From Antedon mediterranea (lineage: Eukaryota; Animalia; Echinodermata): a stretch of 64,000 nt of DNA. The position numbers were made by a program, and so were the translations under genes. This document shows positions 28,701 to 37,573 of the stretch, one piece after another (position 1 is the stretch's first letter; every line of letters starts with the position of its first letter). The stretch covers positions 17,904,795 to 17,968,794 of the forward strand of contig NC_092670.1 of the NCBI RefSeq assembly GCF_964355755.1, read 5' to 3'. The notes beneath the pieces are model-generated. The model had not been told where the DNA came from. It made no database searches and worked only from the letters and a program-made list of their open reading frames with translations.

Positions 28701-31679
28701 GCTAAGGTATGATTGTTACCATCACACTATGTGTTCTAGCAGCTAAGGTATGATTGTTACCATCACACTATGTGTTCTATACATAGTATACATACAGTAG
28801 AGAGAGCAGTTTTGGAAAAGTTTACAGTATTTACGGAGTATAGTTTTAGGAGTGTTTGGTATTTAGTGAATGTGCTTGTGGATTATTTCCAGTATTTAGA
28901 GAGGAGCAGTTTCGAAACAATTTCCTGGTGTTTAGAAAGTGTAACAACCAAGAAGGAGAAAAGTGTAAATATTTGATACATACAGAGTACATGTTGTATA
29001 TACTGATATGAAATATTACAAAACCATTCGTAAGTGAAAGTCTGTTGAACTCAATGAATATTTATGTAATACGAAACCAAACATTAATATGTTTTATATT
29101 GTCAAAATTAATTTCTAGCATTTGTCTTTCACTTGTGTTTTATTGACCTTAATAAATACTATAATGCTTTAAACAGGCCATAGGGATATTTTATAGTGAC
29201 AATAAAATATCTCTATGAACAGGCTGTTTATATTTAACATACTGTAAGGTATTTAATGTTTAAACACTTAATTGATAGTTCCTGGTATTTGATTAATGGT
29301 GAGTTCCCTTTGACTAGTGTTTCCCTATATATAAACTCATTAGCTGTAAAATACAAAATACTTTCAAAAACTAAAATGTAGTGTCTATTTGTCCTGCTAT
29401 TATTTTGCACAAGACTTTCACGAACTATTTATTTAGTGTCTATTTGTCTTGCCAAAGGCCTATACTCAACAAATCATTTTTTTTTCAAAGCAGCAAAAGA
29501 AATGTTTGAATAAAAAATGGTAAAAATTAATTACCAATTCTTATCTTTAATTTGTTATCTTCATATTTTACAGAAACCTAATTTAATTTTGAACGTGGAT
29601 GGATTCATCGGAGTTGCATTTGTTGATCTACTGCGCAACTGTGGAGCATTTACTCCGTACGTATTTAAATTTCAACATTATAGTATAGTATTTTATATGT
29701 TATGATACAGTAGATCCCCTATTTAAGGGACATTCCACGAAATGAACTCACACATTTATTTGTCACAAGATGACTAATGATGATTAAGGAAATATTTAAG
29801 TAGTAATTAGTCAGTATTAGTATATTTAATTTTTACTTTCTATGGACAAGAGATTCCGAAATAAAAGATTGAATGAATACAGCATCAGCCAACCAGCCAA
29901 TCACCCTACCAAGGGTTACAGGTCCCAGGTTTTTAGTTGTTTTTAAAATTAATTAGTGTTCCATGACCTTCTCATCAAAATTAACGTCTCTCATTGTTGT
30001 GCTACGTCAACATAATGTCAATGACGGCGAAATGTCTCCAATAATGGGGATAGCTATGCAAACAAGTAAGTAAGTAACCCATACTTTAGCTTGCAACTCA
30101 TCGTATAAAGTCTATTCAAGCATAGATATAGAGATATTATATGATTCAAGGGACACCTCTATTAAGGGGACACTTTGAGGTTTTACTGTATAATTTACAA
30201 ATTAAAATAGGATCGAATTTAACCAAGAGTTCCTCTGGAAATAGAAGTATCTAGTATACTTCCTCAGTGGTGCTATTACCATAAAATGCTAGCACCATAT
30301 GTATCAATTTATGTATTATGAAATTGATGGTTTCTAACAACTGTAACATGCACATTATGTTATTTTTTAAATATTTATTTTTATGTATAAAACTGTCAAA
30401 GTAGTTCCCTCTCCCTTTAATTTATGTGTTGCAGTTGTCAATATTTGTCCTAAGTGATTGTGTTTCAGTGGGATTTACCCAGGTTCGCAAGAAAATAGTT
30501 GATATTATACGGGCATGTGACATATGACCTAAAAAAAATCTTCATAATAAACAGAGACTTTATGTCAATAGTAAATTATTTATTATTCCAAATTATACAC
30601 TAAGATTTTAAAAGAAAAAAAAGAAAACAAATTCCTTGCTTGCATTGAAGCATTGTAATTGATTTCCGTGTGTGACATCTTGTGGTTTGAGAAAGACAAA
30701 GCTAGTATTAAATACAAACACAATCCACAAAGAAACCCCTTTTCAATAAAAGAATCAATTCAAGTTGAAGTTCTGTATCCGGGTGCCTGCTACTTTGCTC
30801 TTAAAGCGCTAATGATTATATTTAGTGCCATCTTGTGTGTGTGTCTTGTGGAGGGATTAAACATATACCTGCAATATTAGGTAGTGCGTCATGTTATTAA
30901 TTGCATGCTGGGGATATTGAGACATGTTTTCTTTCTCCCCACCTAGACACTGTTTTGTTAACACCCTACGACACATCTATTAACCTGACCCAAATTTTAA
31001 GTGCCCTCTATTTATGGGTTGATTACCTTTATTTGTAAGATGCTTTCCACATTGTGTAGTCCTGTGTTTAAATCTAGTACGAGTCCATTATTGTTTCTTT
31101 TATAAGCTTTAGATTAGCATGTGTGAAAGGACAGTAACCTAGGTATGGTAAACTGGTATTGGTGTCAATTTAAGACTCCTGAGTCCAAATCTAATGGCAA
31201 CATGTGAATATTTGTATTTGGTATAAATAATGATGATAAAATATATTGATAATGATATATTGTTGTTTACAGTGAAGAAGCTAATGAATATGTTGAAATT
31301 GGTGCCCTCAACGGGTTATTTGTACTCGGCAGAAGTATGGGATTTATTGGTAAGTGTATATTTCCTCCACTGTATCAGAGAATAGTTGGCTCGGAGAAAA
31401 GTTTAGGTCCTCAAAAAATAATTTCTCATAAAAATATTGCTAACCAAGAAATTGACCAAAATACATTTACATGTACACGCATATATCAAACTACTACTGT
31501 ATTCATTATTGCTAGCAACTAAATATGTACAAAATAAATATATTATTTACATACTTTTAAAAACTTGTTTCTTTGTAGGCCACTATCTTGATCAAAAGCG
31601 ATTGAAGCAGGGTCTGTACAGACATCCATGGGATGACATCTCATACATTCTGCCTGAAAATCTACCAGACATGCAATAA
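10743..31679 (+). CDS. ACLY: ATP-citrate synthase / ATP-citrate lyase, 23 coding exons, ~1098 aa
   Basis: GT-AG exons read from the sequence: 10743-10895, 11411-11533, 14079-14240, 14364-14455, 14551-14630, 15112-15239, 16069-16389, 16740-16857, 17095-17240, 18112-18267, 18649-18755, 18958-19126, 19616-19720, 20108-20386, 20757-20995, 21524-21617, 22274-22428, 22994-23144, 23856-23999, 25086-25199, 29574-29656, 31273-31349, 31579-31679. They sum to 3297 nt with consistent phases. Diagnostic motifs: [48 protein letters not shown] (phospho-His codon at 20880-20882), [35 protein letters not shown]. Confidence 0.97.
11150..11272. mobile_element. Short palindromic MITE family, also at ~37103-37240, ~55430-55588 and ~55810-55950
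   Basis: Shared AAGCTTGGTT..GGACGCAAC..TGACCAATCA / TGATTGGTCA..GTTGCG..CCAAGCTT inverted arms. Confidence 0.7.
12131..12437. mobile_element. MITE with long terminal inverted repeats
   Basis: ATGCACTTGTCAATTGTATGACCC..CCCCGGGAGAGGTGCGTCATTT mirrored by AAATGACGCAGCTCTCCCGGGGTCGTATGGCGGGTCATACAATTGACAAGTGCAT. Confidence 0.85.
15563..16040 (-). mobile_element. Rex-Babar/L2-like LINE 3' fragment, with a nested opposite-strand LINE/SINE 3' end
   Basis: [31 protein letters not shown] matches the LPSGR..RTNRFKNSF.P consensus. (TCTTA)n tail at ~15563-15585. A nested + strand 3' end with stem-loop and (TTGAA)n tail lies at ~15750-15883. Confidence 0.65.
19829..19995. mobile_element. Palindromic MITE; second, internally deleted copy at ~20480-20580
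   Basis: TAAGCTCTGTCTACACTATCAA ... TTGATAGTGTAGACAGA inverted termini in both introns flanking exon 14. Confidence 0.75.
21151..21235 (+). mobile_element. tRNA-derived SINE head (degenerate)
   Basis: TGGCTTGGTGGT (A box), GACTGCCAA loop, GGGTTCAAGTCC (B box); no intact acceptor stem. Confidence 0.55.
22010..22139. repeat. Perfect 61-bp inverted repeat with 8-nt loop (ACLY intron 16)
   Basis: 22010-22070 is the exact reverse complement of 22079-22139. Confidence 0.92.
22642..22951. mobile_element. Tc1/mariner-type MITE; similar TA-flanked elements at ~23516-23816 and ~29706-30190
   Basis: TACAGTCAAATACCGGACACTCT ... AGAGAGTCCGGTATTGACTGTA termini with TA flanks. Confidence 0.7.
25194..28777 (+). 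repeat. 41-bp minisatellite, ~87 copies, whose unit contains the ACLY exon-20 splice donor
   Basis: Unit GCTAAG|GTATGATTGTTACCATCACACTATGTGTTCTAGCA; the first unit overlaps the last 6 nt of exon 20. Confidence 0.97.
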
Positions 31680-31861
31680 AAAGCTGGCCTAGATCGTGCA
31701 TCAGTACAGAGATAATAATATAACAATTAGATTAAATTAATAATGTTGCTTTTCATAATTTACTTATTTATAAAATCTGTGTATTTAAATTAAAAATCTA
31801 GATTCAGTATTTGAATTTTCATTAATCAAGATTAATAAATACTATATGAATTATGTTCATG

Positions 31862-32278
31862 TCAATATGAACATAGTGTGACCATATATGAACATAGTGT
31901 GACCATATATGAACATAGTGTGACCATATATGAACATAGTGTGACCATATATGAACATAAAATAACTACGGTATATGAACATAGTACAACCATGACCATA
32001 GTACGGCCATAAAATGAACATATTACGACCATATATGAACATAGCATATCCATAATATGAACATATCATATCCAATATGAACATAGTATGGCCATATGAA
32101 TGACCATGAACATAGTATGACTATAATATGACCATAAAATGACCATAATATGAACATAGCATATCCAATATGAACATAGTATGACCATACAGTATATGAA
32201 TGACCATAATATGAACATTGTATAACCATAATATGAACATTGTACAGTATATCCAATATGAACATAGTATGGCCATAT
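31862..32278. repeat. Degenerate ~21-23-bp minisatellite just 3' of ACLY
   Basis: ATATGAACATAGT(G/A)TGACCAT reiterated; explains the spurious ORFs in this region. Confidence 0.9.
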
Positions 32279-33439
32279 TATAGATATATAGTTGGACAAT
32301 AATAGAAAGATGGATTTTTACATAATTTTGTGGTAATTGAATTGAGAATAATTTTGAAAAAAATTTGACCATTCCATGACAAATGTTAAAAATTATAATG
32401 TTCAGAAAGTAAGGAGGATTATAACATATTATGTGAACAAAACTAATATTTGTTCGTAGTGTTGATATTCTAAAAATACCAAAACATAAAATGTGTAACC
32501 CTTTTTCCAAGTTTGTTTTTTTTATACTAAATTAATTCATTAATTTTTTATTTTTTCGAGAGTGAAATAAATAAGACAACTTCCTATGTTGTAATAGCAG
32601 CTGGTACTATGATGACTACAGTCTTTTTCTGATTTAAAATTAATTCTTTCAAATTACGATCGAAAATGGTAGTCTCATGAGCCTATTTTCGATGCTGTTT
32701 TTGTTTTTATATTAAGTAACTATAACTATTTCTACAACAATAGATTGTAAGGAGAGGAAGTTCTTAGATACATGGGCTTACTTTTGAGAATATGTATACC
32801 CCCACTGGGCTTATACAGTGCTTACTTAAATACGAAAGTGAGTGATTATTCGTGGTGGTAGAAAGAGTTTAATGTATTTTAGTGCTATGGAATATTTATT
32901 ACATATTTTTCAAATTGTGTTATTAATTGATTAATTAATTACCAAAAGAATAATTAAGTAAAATCACCCAATTGTTGATGTAATTATAGAGTTGGATTTG
33001 AGAAGTAACGATGTAAAATAAAGTAGGTCGGTACCCATGTTTGATCTTATCGTCTGTCATTAAATGTGTAAACTATACCGATGCACTCACTGTGTGTTCT
33101 GCCGAAAATAAAAAGGGGAATAACCTTTGGTAAATGTAAACGACAAACGAACATGATACTACTTACAAACAATAAATAGGATAGCTCCATTCTTGTTGTG
33201 TTATGGTTATTTTCTGACAATACTATGATTGATTAAAGGGCAAACCAGTGTCCAGTGAAACATAAAAACATTTTTGACCCTTTCATGTTTCGACAAAGCT
33301 GCCGATTATAAGATGATAACGCAATGTATGCTTATAGAGCAACATTATCGCATAATTGATATTTGCATGACTTTTTATTAGGTGATATAAATAACGAAAA
33401 TGGTCATTTCAAACTTTTTTTGACACTTGTTATTATATA

Positions 33440-34290
33440 ATGACATGCGCATAATCATATAATGTTGTCTGTGCATGTTACCTCAATATGGCCGTTTTCG
33501 AAAAGAATTGCCAAAAAGTACATTTTATAATACGTATTGAGGTTACATGCGCACACACCACAGTATGTTATTCTGTGCAATTTATTATGTCAACAACAAA
33601 TAAAAGGGTCGAAATTTAGCCATTTTTCGAAGATTTTACTGTACAGGGATTGTTTCGGAAAATGGCAAAAAAAATGACTTTTATAATAATGGATTGAGAT
33701 AACATGCGCAGACTACATTGTATGATTCTGCGCATGTCGTTATGTCAAAAAATAAAAGGGTTGAAATTTAAGCATTGTTCGAAAATTTTCTTGTGCATGC
33801 TGCATGTACAAAACAGGGATTGCTTCGGAAAATGGTTAAAAAACGTCTTTTATAATATGGATTGCGATAACATGCGCAAAACCACACTGTGTGATTATGC
33901 GCATGTCATTATGTAGGCCTATGTCAAAAATAAAATGGTTGAAATTTAGGCAGTTTTCGAAGATTTTTCTGTACTTTAGTACAGGGATTGCTTCGGAAAA
34001 TGGCCAAAAAACAAGTTTTTAAAATATGGATTGAGATAACATGCGCACACCACATTATGAGATTCTGAGCATGTTATTATGTCAATAGGCCTAATAAAAT
34101 GGTAGAAATTTAGGCAGTTTTCGAAGATTTTCCTGTACTATAGTACAGGGATTATTTCGGAAAATGGCAAAAAAACTACTTTATAATATGTATTCAAAAA
34201 TAACATGCGCAGACTACATTGTGTGATTCTGCGCATGTCGTTATGTCAAAAAATAAAAGGATTGAAATTTAGCCATTTTCGAAGATTTTT
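33440..34290. repeat. Degenerate ~168-bp tandem repeat, each unit with an internal palindrome
   Basis: ATAACATGCGCA..TGCGCATGTC recurs at ~33700, ~33867, ~34036 and ~34200. Confidence 0.8.
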
Positions 34291-34764
34291 TTTCGGTACA
34301 AATATAAAATTAAAGTAATAATAAAATCGGGCTTCGAATACTAGGACATTTCGCAGTTTTAATAAAGTTATATATTGGTTTGTACACAGATACAGTAAAC
34401 TGAAAACGTTGGGTTGGCCCCAACTGGTGTTCACAATTGTACGTTGCCGAGTTGCTGTAATGTTGAATAGGATTTAAAATCGAAAATGAACTTTGACAAT
34501 ACAAATCAATTTAGCAATTATTTATTTAAAGAGAAACAGGATAGGCCTATGAAACAGAAATAAAAACTATTTATATGGGTTAGTGAATACTAATGGTTTC
34601 ATGGTACATTGACAAAACTCAAGAGAACGCTACTTTCTTCCTGATGTCAGGCTGTTTTTCACATACAAACCTCTTCCCTGTTATATCTTGCTAGATTTCA
34701 CACTAAAGTGTTCTTATTTTAGATTCTAAAACGGTGTTTTAGAAGATTAATTTCAGCAGTTTTA

Positions 34765-35081
34765 AAAGTTCATCTAAACGGTGATATGCTCATCCGTATC
34801 CTCCTTTCAAGAACCTTTCTAGCCTACTCCAATCTTCCTTTATTTAAGTTCTTCTAAACAGTGATATACTCATTCGTATCATCCATTCGAGATTCAAGAA
34901 CCTTTCTAGCCTACTCCAATCTTCCTTTAAGTTCATCTATACGTTGGTACTCATCTGTATCATCCTTTTAGGAACCTTTCTAGCCTACTCCAATCTTCCT
35001 TTAAGTTCATCTATACGACGTTGGTACTCATCTGTATCATCCTTTTAGGAACCTTTCTAGCCTACTCCAATCTTCCTTTAA
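34765..35081 (-). repeat. Four ~75-85-bp tandem copies of the TPR-TIR gene's last codons, stop and proximal 3'UTR
   Basis: GAACCTTTCTAGCCTACTCCAATCTTCCTTTA at ~34811, ~34898, ~34972 and ~35049. Confidence 0.9.
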
Positions 35082-36938
35082 AAATTGACCTCTGAACAGA
35101 CGAATATTTGAAAGATGTTCAATTTCTCTTGGAACACAAGCTTGTCTGAGGATTATGGGTGCGATGCAACTTCTTGTAATCATTTGCTCCATTGACTTCA
35201 TCAGTTCAAATTGCCACAGCTTATCCTTCACGGACTCTGGACTGATGATGGTAATGATCTTGAAAGAGTTCTGAATAGCATTGGTGACGTCTGTTGCCAT
35301 TGATTCCTCAGCGTCATAGTCCCGATATCTTACACAGCAACGCATTTTAAAATCTTTCTCCAGTTTTCTTATAAACTCTAAACACCACTTGTAATCGTCA
35401 TGGCAAAAGCTTACAAAGAAATCGTATTTATAAGTCTTATTTAACGTTTGATTTTGGTGTGAAATTGGAGGTGATGGCAGCGTCATCTCAGAGAGAACGT
35501 TTACATAGCCGGGGACATAACTAAGACAGAATTTAAACTGTGAAATATCACAATCTATACCATTGCATCGTTCATAACGTGACGACTGGAAAGCCTCAGC
35601 AAGAGTTATGGTTGAGCGGTTTAACTGACTACGCGTCTGTTTGTGCAAATGAAGTTGTCTAAGCGCTCCTTCCGGTTCATCAATGGCATACAGACATTCT
35701 GCCCAGCGGCAGTAAGTAATCGAAGGATCAAAATTGTCATTCTGTTCACAATTCACAGCGGCAACAAATTGATTTATTGCCAGGTTGTAGTCACCGAGTA
35801 GATAAAGTGTGTAGCCTAAATCAGAGTGGTCTGCGTGAACCTCTTTCAGGTTTATAGCTTGTTCAAAGTCATTCTTAGCATCTAGTAAAATCTGTCTTTT
35901 CTGTACAGTGTCCGTGATATAATCTTTATCTTTGAACATTTCCAGCCGTAGCAGTCCGCGATAACGGTACGCAAACCAAGACTCTTCCTGTTTAAGCGAA
36001 TCGTCGAGGAGGCAAAGAGCTTCGCTGTATCTTTTCAGATAGATGTACTCAGATGCGGCACGACGCTGAACAATTCTATCGTCAGAATTCACCTTCAACG
36101 CTTGCTCAAGACAATCTTGCGCAGTCATATTGCGCATGTCCTCGTCGTCCACAACTTCACACAAAGTACGACCTTTGACATGACGCAATAGAATACTGAT
36201 AAAAATCCACGATAAAGCTTTGTAGTTGAGCGGTCCGTTTTGAACACGAATCACTTTGTTGAAATAAGAAACAGCATTTTTGAAATAATGGTAGGTTTCA
36301 CTTGGTTTAGCCCCGGTTGACGTCAGTTGAGCGTCTTTTCTATACAAAGCCAGCCCGTAATCAAACAACCATTCAGCTCTCTCTGGTATGCACGTCACGC
36401 TTTCTGCCAACTCTGCAGATTTGATCAAAATATCCATGTACGTGAAATCACGTTTGTCCTGTTGAAAATGGCGAATTGCGTGAGCCTTGTCGATCATCGC
36501 TCTAACCTTTGCTTTAGTATCGTCTACCTGCATTATCCTCATTAACGCATTTCTGTATTCTCTGTATTTGCTAAGTTTTGATTGTCTGAAATATATTACA
36601 GCCAAATTTGATATTGCGTTGTAATTGCCTGAATCACGCGCCAAAATTTCCTCCCAGACACTAACGCTAAGTTGTGTCTGCCCAGCAGTGTACAGTACAT
36701 ACGCCAATAAGTTATTTATACTGAGGTAATATGTTGGAAGTTCATTATAATTAACATTTCTACTAGATAATAATTGTATTTCTGTTTCAAAATGTTTAAT
36801 TTTAATCTTTTTCAAATCAGTCCATGTTAAATGACAAGAAAGTTCCTCTCCATTCGATGTGTTTAGTTGAGGTGATGTTTCGGTAGTACTGGTGGGGCAA
36901 GTGCGCCACTTCTCGCATGACGTCAGTTGTATGTCCAT
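35037..36938 (-). CDS. TTC22/IFIT-like tetratricopeptide-repeat protein with C-terminal TIR domain (~633 aa)
   Basis: Uninterrupted ORF. ATG at 36938 lies just inside a TAG|GTG acceptor at 36942. TPR-like helices: NLLAYV, GNYNAISNLAVIY, AQDCLEQALKV, WFAYRYRG, DAKNDFEQAI, DLGYTLYLLGDYNLAINQF. TIR domain at ~35040-35432 with YDFFVSF, RYRDY, IITIISPESV, WQFEL and IAPIIL. An upstream coding exon cannot be excluded. Confidence 0.85.
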   Translation of the reverse strand: MDIQLTSCEKWRTCPTSTTETSPQLNTSNGEELSCHLTWTDLKKIKIKHFETEIQLLSSRNVNYNELPTYYLSINNLLAYVLYTAGQTQLSVSVWEEILARDSGNYNAISNLAVIYFRQSKLSKYREYRNALMRIMQVDDTKAKVRAMIDKAHAIRHFQQDKRDFTYMDILIKSAELAESVTCIPERAEWLFDYGLALYRKDAQLTSTGAKPSETYHYFKNAVSYFNKVIRVQNGPLNYKALSWIFISILLRHVKGRTLCEVVDDEDMRNMTAQDCLEQALKVNSDDRIVQRRAASEYIYLKRYSEALCLLDDSLKQEESWFAYRYRGLLRLEMFKDKDYITDTVQKRQILLDAKNDFEQAINLKEVHADHSDLGYTLYLLGDYNLAINQFVAAVNCEQNDNFDPSITYCRWAECLYAIDEPEGALRQLHLHKQTRSQLNRSTITLAEAFQSSRYERCNGIDCDISQFKFCLSYVPGYVNVLSEMTLPSPPISHQNQTLNKTYKYDFFVSFCHDDYKWCLEFIRKLEKDFKMRCCVRYRDYDAEESMATDVTNAIQNSFKIITIISPESVKDKLWQFELMKSMEQMITRSCIAPIILRQACVPREIEHLSNIRLFRGQFLKEDWSRLERFLKG

Positions 36939-37535
36939 CACCTATAACAATGAAAACAAGTTTAAATTTATCATTGTGAAATTTCATTCTTCCTCTTATT
37001 TCTTTTAGTAGGATTGATACAGTGGCCGTACTTTGGGTGAAAGAGATTGGAAGAAACACCAACACCTTTCAAAATAAAAACAAAATCTCCTTATTGCACT
37101 TAAAGCTTGGTTACCACTAGAGGACGCAACGCAACAACGTACGCGCAACGCAAGCGAGTCGACCAATTGCATGCGACATATTTTGGATGATCTATCGCGC
37201 TTACATCTTGCTTTGCGTCCAATTGGGAACCAAGTTTAAGCGAGATATTTATCAACTAAATTAACTCTTTAATTTTAATTAAACAACACGTGAAAATGTG
37301 TGTTAGTGAATATAACTACTTCATATACGCTAATGTTACAACAACATATAACACAAAAATAAACAAAAACAGCATAATAATATAACAATTTATTAAAAAT
37401 TATCTATAACACCCACAATAATAAAGAATAATAAACATAATATAGTGGCGTGGGTTTATATTAGATTATTATAAGTGGTAAGATTTTTTGCTAACATGTA
37501 ATTTTTTTTCTTCAAAATTACATAAATTATCAGAA

Positions 37536-37573
37536 ACTAGATGGTACGCTCGCTTCGCTCGCGTACCATCTAG
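37536..37573 (-). mobile_element. Helitron/Helentron-like terminal hairpin
   Basis: CTAGATGGTACGC-TCGCTTCGCTC-GCGTACCATCTAG hairpin, ending CTAG|TTT on the minus strand. Confidence 0.5.

Noticed and set aside
25194-28777. CRISPR-like array
   Set aside because: Head-to-tail units with no unique spacers, no cas genes, and a eukaryotic intron context. The same applies to the 53- and 132-bp arrays.
10743-31679. Separate small genes, or split bacterial-type aclA/aclB
   Set aside because: The ORF-track fragments are exons that join in phase into one fused animal-type ACLY.
31857-32510. Five overlapping repetitive ORFs
   Set aside because: Products of a degenerate minisatellite.
35037-36938. Bacterial horizontal transfer or contamination origin of the TPR-TIR ORF
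   Set aside because: It has a spliceosomal acceptor before the ATG and a candidate upstream donor (~39240), metazoan TTC22- and TLR-like motifs, and host repeats on both sides. Lack of introns alone is insufficient evidence.
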